A stretch of 55,658 nt of DNA, filler included, from Sphacelaria rigidula (lineage: Eukaryota), in the NCBI GenBank assembly GCA_964200075.2. It is 5 parts of 5 records of this genome, joined end to end, with 100 filler letters (N's around TTAATTAATTAA, not from the genome) between each part and the next. Parts side by side here need not be neighbours in the genome. Positions count along the whole stretch, not along the records: positions 1 to 11,054 come from CAXNAA020005470.1; positions 11,155 to 22,206 come from CAXNAA020005471.1; 3 more parts are not named here. One strand, given 5' to 3'. Each line of letters starts with the position of its first letter. Position 1 is the first letter of the stretch. A program made the position numbers and the translations under genes. Shown in pieces: positions 1 to 13,212 of the stretch. The notes below the pieces were generated by a model. That model had not been told where the DNA came from and did not search any database. It worked only from the letters and a program-made list of their open reading frames with translations.

Positions 1-760
1 CATTGATGTATGATGCGACAACCGCCCGTTGGAGACGGAAGTGCCTAGCTTGACCCTGACACCAGCCCCAAGATCGCAACAGTACGGTGTTCCACAGCCC
101 CCCGCATGACAAAAGACCGACGCATTGCGAGTTGTGCGTCTAGTTACTGTGTCGATGCGGAGAGACTCGGGAACCATTTCCGGGGAGAAGGGGGCGTGAT
201 CGTTGTGGCGTCCGTGAACGACACGTGAGCGCGAAAAAGAGCCGAATGTGTGGGCGCCATGGTTGGAGCTGCCGCATAGACTCCCTTGCGCGCCATGTGC
301 CGCACCAGGTACAGGGCAGAGAGCGATGGCCTAGCACAGGTACGTCCTCGGCCGATCGGTGGCCCAGATAAGGTACGATTGAAGAAGAATTCCTAGATCA
401 GGTATGCCGGGCCGAAATTTGAAATTTGGTCTAGAGAGGGGAAGCGGTTTCTGGAGGCGAGACGTCCATTTTCGCGTGGCCATATATCGCGAGTAGCATG
501 TTTTTTTTGTTCGTTTTTTTTCGAGGCCTGGGTGCCAATGCCCCCCCCCGAACGATGTGCGTGAAAAATTCGGAGTGAAAACGGTCAAAATGGCGTGTTT
601 TGCTGTTTTCGCGTTACTGGCCATTTTCCGTACCTTTCTTGGGCAAAAAACAAGAAGGTAGACCTTTCCTAGGCGATGGCCTAAAAAAACTTGCTCCGAG
701 AAAGTCCTGGCGCCCGAGGAGTCAAAAACGAACTAAAAAAATGATTCGAAAACCCTTGTG

Positions 761-763
<3 letters not shown>

Positions 764-793
<30 letters not shown>
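764..793. repeat. (TG)n microsatellite
   Basis: Run of tg dinucleotides seen directly. Confidence 0.9.
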
Positions 794-795
<2 letters not shown>

Positions 796-796
796 C

Positions 797-1162
797 CCGG
801 ACAAAATGTGGTCAATACTCGTAGTTACAGTGGAAAACATGTACTGCGTCAAGAAGTGTAGGCCTATTGCAACTATTGCACACCCTGAACAAGATATGGT
901 CAATAGATGCAATAGAAAAGAAGTGTACTGGATAAAGTATAGGCTTATTGCAACTACCGTCGGCTGTCAATAGTTGCAATAAGCCTATACTTTACCCAGT
1001 ACATATTTTGTCTATTTATTACATCTATCGACCATATATTGTCATTGCCCACGGTGTGAGCTATTGTCGGACCAACAATACCGGAAACAGTTGCGATAAG
1101 CCAATGCTTGACGCAGTACATTTTTTGTCTAGTGCAACTACTGACCACATGATTGTCCACGG
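797..1162. mobile_element. Foldback/MITE-like palindromic element in a TRRAP intron
   Basis: Inner arms 925-956 and 971-1002 are reverse complements (1 mismatch). Outer arms pair imperfectly (ccggacaa..gtactgcgtcaag / cttgacgcagtac..ttgtccacgg). TG repeats lie on both flanks. Confidence 0.65.
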
Positions 1163-1230
1163 TTTGTCGTGTGTGTCTGCTTGCTCTGCACATGCGTGTC
1201 TTTCAAAATGGCGAATAAGTCACCCCTCAC

Positions 1231-4200
1231 CTCCGTGAAAAACCCTTTTCGGAAATCCGTGGCAAGGATGTGCCGAGTGGCCACTAGCAACTCCTTGCGC
1301 GTGGCTACCGCATCCGCCGGGCAGCTCCTGAGGAGCATGATCACGCTAGACGAAATCTGCCGCTCGTAGGGCTGCATCAGGGGTGTGAACCCCCGCAGCA
1401 AGTACGTCAGGAAGCTCAGAGTCTTTACCTGTGCAGCGCCAGCGCCAGCGGATTCAGGGAGGGACAGCGAGTGAGCGTTATTTTGGTGCAGATACAGGCA
1501 GCCCCGAGTCAAGGTGTATCGCATACCTTTGTCAATTGTTATCCAGGGGCTGACTTTTGGCCGCTTAACATCCTCTACAGCAGTTTTTACTCAAACGGTT
1601 ATTCGAAACTTGGGGGGTGACCCCTAGACATTTCCTTCTGCGTCAACACTTTGACGTATTCGTAAACCTCACAGAGGCGGTGGGGAACTCGGAATTTTAG
1701 TCGATTTACCCTTTGTTGTTTGTGTGTGTGTGTTTTTTTTTTATTTATTTATTTTCTCTCCCCGTTGAATTCGGGGGAGCTACTTCTCACCAGTTTTCGT
1801 GCCGTCTCTCTTCTAATTTTCATTTTTGGTGATGTATCTTGTAAGGAATAGCAGGAAGCGGTATTGGAAAGGCGAGCCTACGTCTGTGACCACGGGTTCG
1901 CGAGATCGGACTAATGTGCGGAAATAATAATTAAAAATAAATAAATAAATAATACCCTTGTTTTCAGGTAGCACGTAAGTTCGATTTTCGTGACTCGCGG
2001 TCGACTTTGGCTAATATTTCAATACCGTGTACATATATTCGATTGGTCCGTGTTCGGTGCAGCAGCTTCTCATCGCTGGAGTCCACTTGAAAAAGAAGCT
2101 CTGATCACGGCTGGAAGCTGGTAGCTTTCGTAACTTCGATTTCAAGTTCCTCCTCTCCACTTCCTCCCGCTTTTTAGTGTTAGAGGGGGAAATGTGAGGA
2201 CCAAATGAATATATCATGAGGTCGTTTGGCGCATTAGACTGTAGCGAGGAAACGATATCTACACTAGGATGATATCACACACATACTAGGAGGTAGATGG
2301 CGGCCACAGACAGCGGAACAGGGAGGAGAAGAGAGATGTGAAACGTTCTTGTGTCATGTATATGGAAAAAAACGTAGTGAGTGCCCAAATGCTGGGGGTG
2401 TCTCTATTAGGAGCAGTGACGGTGCTCCGGTTCGAGAGGGATGCGCGGTGAATGGTCAGACGACTAAGGCAGGCAACAAGATGAGTACCCTCCCCCACCC
2501 CTTACCGTTTCATGAATATAGGTGTAGTTGCGAGAAAGAGTCCAGCCCCTACATTTCAGGTGGGGGGAAGCCTCTCAGGCGCAGGTTTTGTCGCAGTCAC
2601 ATTGACTTTTTGTAATGTCAATCCGTAGTACTACTATTCCAATTTTCGTGCAGTCTCGGCGTGCGTGAAAGCTTTGACAAAAAGGTCGCACGCACCCCCC
2701 CCCCCCCCTCCCGCTTCCCCACCTCTCCCCCTGCTTTTTCGGCTCTCCTGGGTAGGTTTTGAATGCCCACACAAAACGTTTTTTCATGAGTCATCATCCT
2801 TTTTTTTTAACGTCAACGGCGAAGAGCCCCACAGAGAAATCACCTCCTAGCGATACCTTTGAAGGCCACAACCTTCCCGCCCGGCACCTCTACCTCGCCC
2901 TGCATCATACCACATATCTCATACCACGAAAGACACTCTGAATAGACACAGAAAAAGACACAGACACACAGAATACATCGACGTACAGACATCCCGAACG
3001 CACGCATGCATAGTTCGCACCTGACAGGCAATCATCTCCTTGTACCGCCCGCGCAGACACACGGGGGCAATCCCGTCCGCCGTTCGGGTAAGGTTCGGCG
3101 CCAATCGCAGCGCCTCGATCATCAACGGAATCAAGTCCGGGATGTTGGCCTTGATGTACTTGGGATACAGTTGGAACAGCAACATCACGATGAGCGGGCA
3201 CTCCGTCAAGACCTTAAACGATTCCTTGCTCCGAAGCAGGGGAATCGCCGGGGATTCCGACAACACACCTCCCGCAGCGGCAGTGTCTTGCGCTGCCGAG
3301 GCGGGCGCGGGTGCGCCCGCCTGTTGGGCATGTTTTTTGGCGGTCAGATCCGCCACCAGCTGTGCCGTGCTGACGCCCTCCGGCCCGAAGACCATGCCCA
3401 CGCTGCGGCCCAGGCCCCTGTAGATGCTGTTCACCATCTGCGTTGGTTGCGGCGAAGGAAGCATGACGAGGTGTAGACATGATGGGATGAAGGCGTGAAG
3501 GGTGACCCGACCGTGCATGAAGAAATTGGGATATATATATATATATATATACATATAGTACGAGCTGGGCCAGCTGACAGTGATTTGCGAATGTATCCGG
3601 GACGGGCGGTGAGTAATCCGATTCGTTGGGCGCTGAAATTTTGACACAACATGTTTCATCATCACTAGGCACAACCTTCCCGGGGATGCCAAGAAAAAAA
3701 AACAGAAACTTAGAGCAATATGAAGTTTCTGCTAAAACTGGAAAAATTATATAACTTGGTGAAAATAAGAAGGAGTACTGGGGCATCCCTAGTGTCGTTG
3801 TGCGTCCTTGTGCGGAGGAGATTCTGGTGCAATTCCGGCCAAAAATTCCAGAAATTTGGCGCAGCATCCAATTTTTCGTGTGCCACGGCTGCGCTCCTCT
3901 AATCCAAGTGGTGCAGTTGACTCCAGTTATGGAGGTCACGAGTTCGAATCCCGACGGATTCCTTTGTTTTTGTTCCGTCGGTTAGGTGATACATTATGGA
4001 GTACATTTTTTTTTTTTTTTCCATTCAGTGGCGGTCCCGCGCGTTACCACGTTGGTCTGCAGGTCACACCGATATAATCAAGTCGGGCTGATTTGGTAAA
4101 CTTTATAACTTATGGTGTGGCATGCAAATGCAGGATTTACTGCTGGCCCAGCTCGTGATATATATGTATATATATATATATATATGTGTGTGTACATACA

Positions 4201-5456
4201 AGATGGGGAAGAAAATGAGGAGGGGTGAGTATGATTTAGAGAAAGATGGTCTGCTTCTGTTTTCTTTGTTCTTTGTTTCTTTGACGATGAACTTGAGGTG
4301 GAGAGCACATTCACGAACGAACCCATACTTCACAGCTAGAGCACCAACACAGCACCCGCGGTACCATGTCTCCCTATGAAAACATCTAACGTTTGTTCTC
4401 TTCAATGATGTTCCATATTTATGCGATTCTCTCGTGACTTCGCGACATTTTTTTAGGTCCTGACGACATACATATATACATGTGTGTCTGTGTGTGTCTG
4501 TGTGTGTGCAAGAATGACAGACCATAGGCTTCGTTGATCACTGAAGCAATACAGTGCTGCCGGGCCATACATCTGATGCTAGGCGTGCTTGCCCGTCAGA
4601 GGGTCACGGACGCACGTCGCGAAGTGACTCGGATTGACCTCGCTACGACTGCATCACACGTCTTCACCGATACGAGACGGTCGCTTGTGGTCTAGACCTT
4701 GGCTACTGGTCATTACTTTCGTACCCATCAAGACCCAGTACAGCACCCTGTGGCTAGCAGGCACAGCCACACCAGGGGGATGTCATCTCACTCCTATGCT
4801 TCACGGCAAACGACATACTACCTGTACTGCACCGAAATTGTATTGTGTATGTACCCTCACCATTTTTCGGCCCGCTCAACATTTCGCACCATCGCAAGAA
4901 AAAAATGAAAAAGCTTTGTTGGGGGTTCGTGGAAATGGCTTAGAAAATCACTAGAAGAACTGTTCCGATTGGGTAACCGTGTGATAGTTGCATGATACAG
5001 GAAGGATAGAGGTGTGAAACACGAGCTTAAGGTAACGCTAATTACAGTCATTATCCATGGCGAACGAACCTGCAAAAACCGTGGAACCTCCTTCTCGAGC
5101 TGCGGGCGGTAATTTTTCTGGAGATCGAACACCACCCTCAAGCCCTGTATCGCGTTGTCCTCGTTGTCCACGTCGACAACGTTCATAACCAGCAACAGCA
5201 ACTCCTGGACGTAGGGCTTGAGGACCTCATTGTTGGGTAACCGGTGCAAGATCTCCAAGATGACGTGCCTGAACTTGTTGATCTTGTTGTCGACCATCTG
5301 TGTTTTGTTTAGTTGTCGACCGCGTACAATTACGTCATTTTCAAGAAAAAAACAAAAGAGGGAGAAGGGAAAGGAAGGGGCGGGGGATAAAAAACATGGT
5401 CAAGAAACGACTTCTGTGTTGACCACGCGTTGGCGTGTACGTACGTGTGTGCATGC

Positions 5457-5509
<53 letters not shown>

Positions 5510-8500
5510 TACGTGCAAAGCTGTGAATGCAAGCTCAACACGGAACATGAGGACTGCCCTGGGAAGTCGAGTCGGAAACGGGCGCCGTCACAAGAGAAAA
5601 TATGGCCTGGCTGGACTGATGGTGCATGTACATATGTATGCGGACGACAAGAGAAGGCACTGCAATACCAGCGCACAAGGCTTCGAAACCAACAGCTTGG
5701 CACCATCGGTAACAATGCATGCTTGGCATGCGACATGAGGATGCCCACCACGCGCAAACAGTGCGCATACGCATGGAGATGGTTTACATAGGGGCATCAG
5801 CGCACCACAAAAGCTGAAGTAACTTTATCGAGGGCATGCTAACGACCACGTCATTAACTGGGGGTTCCGTCTATACCTGCATATATACCTCCTCCCACGC
5901 ACAACGCAAGTTGCTCGGATTCGATCATAGCGGCCGGGGACTTCTTTGTTCGAGCATACGACGTAGCCGTTACCCATTTGCGTCAAGCTTTTTTGTTGTC
6001 TCCACATATTTTTCATTATGTATCCTATTTTCTATGGAACAGTAAACAACATGTACCTCATTTATGAAACAGGATAATTTTGTGTGTGAAGAAAGTTTCG
6101 GTCTTCGGCCCATCGTACGCCAGATGCTATGTATATATATATATATAAAGGGAGAAATTGACTCTGTAGACTGACTACTGAAATCGTGTGATATCATGTT
6201 CACTTTGGTCAAAAACAATCAGCACGGGTCAGGGACCAGAAAGACAACGGAATATGCGGCCACGTTAGCACAGGGGGGTTGCGCTCGCAAAGCGAGGGCA
6301 GGCAAAGCCATAGCATCAGAGTCACTGTCGTTCAAAGGTAAACCGGCAACATTGTTCCGATAAGAGGTCTGCCACCCGATGGGTTGAGATTTACTGAGTG
6401 TAGGTTATCTATCCACATCGTGCGTACCTGCGGAGCCAACCTATTCTTGAGCAGCTCCACGAAGCAGTTGAGCAAGCTGTTGATGAAGCTGGGGTACTCC
6501 GAGGTGTGGACGATCTCCATGTGCTCTCGCAGGTCCGACGCCACCTTGTATATGTCATCATCAACACGCACACGCACACACATTCACACGCATCGCGCGA
6601 GAAGAAAAGAGTACAAAAAGCAAAGTGTAGGGGTTCCCACGTCAAAAGGCGAGTCGAAGGTTCGACGAGCAATCACAAAACGACATGACAGCATATCAAA
6701 AGCACGGCATCGTGACCCCGCACCACGGGTTTTAAGGTCACCGGTGGTTTCACTGGTAACACCAACGGCCAGTTAAGAGGTGGAAGGTTGCAAACTCGAA
6801 TCTCTACAGATATCCTGACAGGTAGCGGTCTTTTTTAAGCAGAATCTGATTGCCGTCGCTGAAAGCGTGTGGACGTGGGAGTAGCAGAGAAAGTTGGAAG
6901 AGAGTAAATGAGATAGCGGCAGTGCTAATTCCAATCCACGATATGAAAAAATGTCAGGCAGGTGGTACCAAGGCAGAGACGAGTTTAACTCCCTTGATAT
7001 TACGAACTCGTCCCGGAGAAGGGGAGATGTTTGTTGTGTGGCAAACGCACGGTCATACACATACGCAAGATACCCAACGCATGACACTTGTTTCTATTGC
7101 AACTCTCAATTCGTCTAGTGATCGTCCCGGGTGTGTAATAGTCGTCTTATTGTATAAAGCAGGGAGGTCTGGGCTCGCCAGGCTATTCCTCCTCACCTAA
7201 AGATCCGTGTGATTGTTGATACAGTACAGTACAATCATATTGGGTGGGTGGAGATCCCCACGAGCGGTGACCGTGTCGCCGCTAAATGTAGCATAGCATG
7301 CACGAACGCTGTGCTGTGTGAAGAGACGCCAAAAATTTCAACCCGTGCGCTCAACCATAGACATGGCATGGACTCTACAACCCTTACAGTACTTTACTCC
7401 AAAAAAAAGTTCAAGTTTCTGTCTGATGTAGCGCCCAGAAGCCACACGGGGTGGGTCACGAACGCATATAATTGCCATACTCCAAATATCCGCGGGACTG
7501 TCAGGACGGATTTTGTCGGAACAGAATCTTTTGACTCTCCAGTAGCAAATGGAAGTACTCGTAGCTAGCCGCCATGCACTTGTGGCAGATACGAGTTCTC
7601 ACCGAGAACCAGAGCAATACTGCAATTGCTTGCAGCGGCTCAAGCGCGACACATAACCGTACAGTGGGGATCATCGTTCTAGTGCGGTCAAGATCACCTG
7701 TCACTTGTTTTAAGTCCATATACTAATATCGACTAATTGCAATCTACCAGTATCGTACGGGGTCCCAGCATGGTGCGGCCATGCCTGGCTGGCGACCCAC
7801 CACTCTATGCTGATACTCTCTATTGTACAGTGCAAACAGTGCAGTACCCCATTTTTGGCCTGGTTTTGATGGCTCTTGGCGTGACATGTCTGTCCTGTGC
7901 AGTTTGTACGATATGCTATAACAGTAGTGCAGAACTGGTGTACTTGTTGCAGTATTGCCTACTCGAACGGGCCATCTACACTACAACTGCCGGGGGACAC
8001 AATGGTCCCAGTGAGCAGCAGGGCATCCTACAGTGACTTGTAGTAGGCAAGCAGTGACCTGCCCCGACTACACTGTAGAGATACTTTCTGCAGAGTATCC
8101 TAAACCCTGCCCTGCGTGGCGTGCATGTTTCTCTGAAACTGCTTGATCTGATTAGACAGCTCCATTTCGTACCCTGTTGCTGTTTGTAGACCGTACTGTA
8201 CACCGAGTTTTAAATAGCGTACCGTCTCCAGGAGAAGAGCGCTGACCGTTTCTTTGCCCTTGCTCGAAAACCGATGCAAACTACAACGAGTGGGTGTCTG
8301 CAAAATATGCAAAGCAGTAGTCGACGATCTCACCCAGTACACCAAACACCATAGCACTGGCTGCAACGTACAATATCTTTCAGCGACCGTACCGCGCAGT
8401 GAGACCGCCCCTCGCTCGCTCGTCAACTTTTAAATACTTGCTTCAGCAGGCAACAACAGCAACAGTCCAAATGCTATACAGCAGCGCATGTATCACCTGC

Positions 8501-8556
8501 AGTCCCTTGTTCAGGTCGACGCCCAGTAGATTTTGTCGTATCTCATCGAAGTTCAT
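1231..8556 (-). CDS. TRRAP: TRRAP/Tra1 (PIKK pseudokinase scaffold of SAGA/NuA4), N-terminal five exons; gene continues off the contig start
   Basis: GT-AG exons, all phase 0 and in frame: 8556-8497 (MNFDEIRQNLLGVDLNKGLQ), 6544-6428 (VASDLREHMEIVHTSEYPSFINSLL..), 5297-5070 (..FRHVILEILHRLPNNEVLKPY..DNEDNA..), 3437-3021 (..SKESFKVLTECPLIVMLLFQLY..), 1428-1231 (VKTLSFLTYLLRG..LLRSCP..RKELLVATRHILATDFR). These motifs are characteristic of the Tra1/TRRAP N-terminal HEAT region. Confidence 0.93.
1545..1953 (+). mobile_element. SINE-like retroposon with (AAAT)n tail
   Basis: Ends GTGACCACGG..taatgtgcggaaataataattaaaaataaataaataaat; shares the 3' motif with the RTE LINE and other SINE-like elements here. 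5' boundary approximate. Confidence 0.4.
3888..4080 (+). mobile_element. tRNA-derived SINE-like sequence
   Basis: A-box-like taatccaagtggt and B-box gagttcgaatccc at tRNA spacing; no intact cloverleaf; followed by a T-rich tract. Confidence 0.45.
5458..5508. repeat. (TG)n microsatellite
   Basis: About 25 tg units. Confidence 0.95.
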
Positions 8557-9375
8557 GGCTTCCTCCTGGTTTCCGCGTTCACACGCGAAGAGGCTCCCTT
8601 CCCTTCCAGGCTCCCCCCGCCTCCGAGGCTAGGCCGCCCCCCGCACACGGGAGAACCCAAATTCGAACCAACCTGAACGCGCCTTTCGGTTGGGGGTAGT
8701 CAATCGGATTTCTGACGTTTCCGAGCAGCCAGGATGCAACCCGACCACAAGAGTTCTACGTTCAGCTTAAGATACCTCAACTAAGCTATGTTTATTGGAT
8801 CGATTACTGCCGATGCTACCCAGTACCTCCTTGTGCTCAGGAGGAAAACTGAACCTATATTGTGCTGTTTGGTTCGTGCTCAATGCGTACGGGTGGGCAA
8901 AAAGGGGGTAGGTGGGTATCTGACGGTAGATAGCACTCCCTGTTGTCAACTTTTGAAGCCTCCTGCAACGTGGACTCTCGAGCGATTGAATTCGTCGAAA
9001 CATAAATAATCCAATGTATTTTGAATGATTCATATATGTTTGGGTGTAATTGGCGTTTGTGTTCACGATATAATCAATTTTATCAGAACATGTCACTTTG
9101 GTAGGGGTGTTATATACCGTCACAAGCGGTGTATTATGCACAACATGCGTCGACGAGTCTGCTGTCCAGTGTTGTGTGTGTGCTCGTAAGCATCTTACAG
9201 CGAGTGCGCGTGAAGTGTTTAGTATTGCGCGTACGTGGAGGAGAGAACTTCATCGTTACTATTCCATTCGTAGCAATAGTGTGCTCGGTATTTCCTGTCC
9301 TGTGCACCATTTCCTCGACGACAGTCTGTAGAGTACAGATAAGACAGTAAATACCCTAACCGCCGGACAGCTATC
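8557..9375. promoter_or_regulatory. Divergent (putative bidirectional) promoter/5'UTR region between TRRAP and the LRR gene
   Basis: Two start codons on opposite strands 820 bp apart; GC-rich stretch near 8600-8660. Confidence 0.5.
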
Positions 9376-9664
9376 ATGGCGACTCGTGGGCGCGGAAGGC
9401 GATCAAGTGGGTCTGATGGGGGAAGAGGTGTTGGAGAGAGACGCAGTATCGTGCAGGCCATGCGAGCGAGGGGTCGGGGAAGAGGTGGCAGAGGTCGGTC
9501 TCCTTCATTTGAGCTGGCAGGGGGGTTGCCAGGAGGGGCTGGTACCGTCGTAGCTAGTGCTGCATCTTTGCAGCAGCTCTTCAGGCAGGCGAGGGCATCC
9601 GGTTCCCTGAACCTGACATCGCGCGGCCTGGAGCAAGTGCCTGACCAAGTGTTCAATCTTATCG
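9376..9664 (+). CDS. LRRC40: First exon of a leucine-rich-repeat protein, LRRC40-like, with an RG/RGG-rich N-terminus
   Basis: ATG at 9376; LQQLFRQARASGSLNLTSRGLEQVPDQVF resembles the LRRC40 N-cap (..ARKSGQLNLSGR.L.EVP..V); donor G|GTGCGC after 9664. No downstream exons identified in this contig. Confidence 0.65.
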
Positions 9665-10183
9665 GTGCGCTCTCTCGTCATGTTGTATTGTTCTCTGTGC
9701 AGTGGCCAATGGGTTCAATTTTCTGGTTTCTGGCTGTCTACCCGTCATCGTAACGCTGTGGCTACTTCGACATTGCGGTACAGAATAGTACAACAGTACA
9801 AGCAGTAGTTCAATGCTACAAGTGTTCTACTATACCCCGATGGCAACGCCCTCGCTCACACCCTGGCGTACCTTATTCCGGCGCTTGGTCTACTTACTGG
9901 TGAAAGCTCCACTGCAGCTCTCTGTATTATACGGTGACCCTGGGTGACGCTCTTTATTTCGAGGGCGGACTTTGAAATTGGATACGCTGTAGTGTCCGGG
10001 CATATTCAGAAGTGTTAGGTATCCATACATGTGCACAGGTATCGAGCACAACCACTGTTATACCACGAACGGCTGTTCTTTGCCACGGCGTTCTTTCATC
10101 ATTTCATTCTTCCCGCTTTGAGAGAATTGCCGACTTGCATCATCAGTGCGTTCAGTAAGGGCGTGTCTTAATCCAATTCTGAT

Positions 10184-10619
10184 GGGAGACGTTCAAAATT
10201 CCTGTCGAAAACTGCCTTTTGGGCCCTTCTCCGTCGATTTACACCCGGAAAGAGGGCTAGGCGGATGTTGACGCCTTGGAATGACTCGCTCTATTCGTTG
10301 AGACCGTTCTAGGGCAACGTTGCATTTCCCGCTGGCCGCACTATTGTTTTTGGCCAAGTCACGCTAAAAACGGATTATCAGTAAAAAACGATCAGGTGGT
10401 CAAATTTTCTCCCTGTTTTTTCTATCGCTTGACCGTTTTTCGTTGAAAATCCGCGTGTGGCCAAAAAGTGCGGCCAGCAGGAAATGCAAAGTTGCCCTGG
10501 AACGGTCTCAATTACACGTAATTCCGAGGCGTCCTCATCCGCCTAGCCCTCTTTTCAAGCGTAACATGAACGAGAGGGGCCAAAACAGCAGTTTTGAACA
10601 GGAATTTTGAACGGCTCTC
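10184..10619. mobile_element. Long-TIR MITE with 3-bp target-site duplication GAT
   Basis: Ends GGGAGACGTTCAAAATTCCTG / CAGGAATTTTGAACGGCTCTC. Internal blocks are also inverted (gagggctaggcggatg / catccgcctagccctc). GAT directly flanks both ends. Confidence 0.8.
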
Positions 10620-11054
10620 GATAGAGTCGGTCTTGGACCAACCTTTTTGGCAACGAATCTCGATTTTTTCTCCCCCGATTTTAAAGAAATCAGGGGAGCT
10701 CAAAATCGCAAACTCAAAATCGGGGGGACCGTTTTATGGTACAGACAGTACAGTATCGCAGATTTGTAGGGCTGTGACTGGCTGCTCTGGCAATTTAAGT
10801 TTAAACTGGCCGCTGGCGCGGCCAGTACATTGATTGTACGCCAATTGTACGCCAATTGTACGCCGATTAACTGGAAAACAATCGGCGGCGAGCGGCCCCC
10901 CCCCCCGGCTGGTGAGGGGGCCCCGCGGGAGTGCTGCCGGAGGCGAGGAAAAATGCGTTATTTGGCTTGTTTCTTCTTCAAAAATGTGAAAAATGTAGAA
11001 AATGTGATCGCTCACATTGAGGAGCTAAAAGTCTTGGATGACACAGGAGTGCCC

Positions 11055-11154
11055 NNNNNNNNNNNNNNNNNNNNNNNNNNNNNNNNNNNNNNNNNNNNTT
11101 AATTAATTAANNNNNNNNNNNNNNNNNNNNNNNNNNNNNNNNNNNNNNNNNNNN
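11055..11154. other. Artificial contig linker N44-TTAATTAATTAA-N44
   Basis: 100-nt spacer with stops in all six frames; identical copies at 22207, 33359, 44510. Confidence 0.98.
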
Positions 11155-11189
11155 GTTTTAGGCTTGAACCTCATCTCAGAGTTAAATCT

Positions 11190-13050
11190 CAGTTCACACA
11201 ATTGTTGTTATGTCCAGGATGGCTTTTGAGAGCAACCGTGGCGCCCCGTCCAAGGATGGTTACCCTATCGTTCGCACAGTTGTAGCGCCGCGCTTCTGGT
11301 GCCGAAGATAGTGCCACGAAGGTTGATTTTACGATAGCCTCTCGCCTTACGACCTCTGATAGTCCCACGTGCTTCACCCTGCAGACAGGTGTCGATATTA
11401 TGGCTGCCCCTCTCATTTCTGCTCCACAGGACGCGGATTGTACTTCTTCAATTCTAGTGGGCGACCCCGAAACGACTTGCGCCGTAGCGTTCAAGACTTT
11501 TTCAATGCTATGCTACAATTCCAATCAGATCCCGCTCCCGAGCAACCCGTCGACGGTGCTGAACATATTGAACTCGCACCCGCACAACCTCGGTCCCGAA
11601 CCGCAACACCGCGCTCTCCTGAGATTTCCGACGGAAGCCACACCAGAGTAAGTTCCGTGCACCTCGACACCACTACACATCGATGACGCATGATGACCAT
11701 GTCACCCATACGCGTACCCATGACAGAAATTCGAGGCATAGCTCCCTTTCTTCACGCGCTTCCACGCGCTCGACGAATACTGGTCGCGCCACAGCCCGCG
11801 TTCCGCATGCCGCGTCTTCTCCGCGACGCAATAGATTCACGTTATGATATGAATGTACATGCAAATGATCCTAAAAGATGAAGTTGAACACTCAAACGAG
11901 ATCGAAGTCGCTTTCCAAAAAGTGAGGTTATGTGCGAAACAGCATTATTGGTAATCACCAACCCAAATGAAAAGCAATAGCACAAAAGATGATTATGTTT
12001 CGATTAGGGAGGGGTGGCTAGGTGCACCAGATGAATGCGGTGAACACGTGTGCCGATGACAATACCACCGGAGGAGCAATGATGGAGAAGAAGCTCATCG
12101 CCCGTATCCTTCATGCGTCATCGTTCGGCGATTCCCACTCACACAAGTAGAGCAACGAAAGTTATGCCCGTGCTTGTTTGACGTACTGCCGACCACGGTG
12201 CATGAAAATTGTTCTCAGGCAACACCTGTTCGGTAGGCGCTTGACGGCGTGGGTCACAAATACAGCGACAAGTGGTTGATAATAGAACACCCTTGTTCCT
12301 GGCGAACCCAGAACCGTATCTTGCTTCAGCTCAAGATGCACTCACAGGCCCATACACACACCCTGCTGAGCACGACCGACCGGTTGTAGATCAGAATAGC
12401 TCAGATTGCAGGGCGGCAGCCCCCATATGGGATCACGCCAGCAACAGTTAGGACACCACCATAGATACGTGTTTCACTCCGCATGCCAAGGTCTCCACGA
12501 GTGTTTGGTCGCTCATACATCTCCCCACATCGGGTGTAGCAGACTCTCGTCGTGTACACACAGGTGCAGAGGTCGGGTGAAATCAGCCATGATAATAAGA
12601 CCCCTCAAGTTGCGGTTGAATCTTATTGCCGCAATACCGTCCTTGCTGGCATGTGTATGTGAGAGAGCAATAGCGGTGACGGGGACATCGCCCTGCTTTT
12701 CGACGACGTGTTCTGCAGCGCACAGAGACGCGATCTTTGCATTGGTCAGCGCCACAGACACAAGGTTATATCAGACAAGATGCGACTGCACCCCTTGGCA
12801 CCTCGGTCTTCTTTGGGGGGCTGTGCGGCAATAAACCGCCTGCCGATAAATGGCAAATTCAGTATGTGCTGTAACATGATGCCAATCTCTCCAGTCATTA
12901 GGAATCGCCAAACGAGGGCACACGAAGGACACCTGACGAGGAGCTTCCTCTCCGCCGTTGCTACTCGGGTGGTTTCGTCAATGATACGCGTGTGCACCGC
13001 TTTTATTCGGTGCCCGTAGGCACATGTGCTTAACTGCTACAAAAACGTTT
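11190..13050 (-). mobile_element. Highly degenerate Ty1/Copia RT-RNaseH remnant
   Basis: Minus-strand fragments in Copia order: VWRFLMTGEIGIM (W..AM..EI), GAKGCSRILSDI (AKGFSQ..GID), IEKVLNA (KRVLRY), KSTFVALSSAPEARRY (Q..VALST.EAEY). Many stops and frameshifts. Confidence 0.5.
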
Positions 13051-13212
13051 CTTGTGAAGATGCTTTCCCTTGGAATAACTGTTCGGCACAAAACCTGCAT
13101 TTGAAATGCGCCACTCCTATTTTTGTTTCCCACCCCATTTCTTAGGATTCTGTCATTCGATTCGAGCCTTGCCTCATTTTTCAGGATCCTTTGTCACTCA
13201 ACACGGGATTTT

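Noticed and set aside
5218..5797. CVCVCV / HTHTHT ORFs
   Set aside because: Translations of an intronic TG microsatellite.
11099..11110. TTAATTAATTAA as a biological motif
   Set aside because: Embedded in Ns and identical at four regular positions; synthetic six-frame stop linker.
13020..13115. BED zinc finger / hAT transposase (FKCRFCAE on minus strand)
   Set aside because: Only a CxxC is present; adjacent fragments fit Copia RT better.
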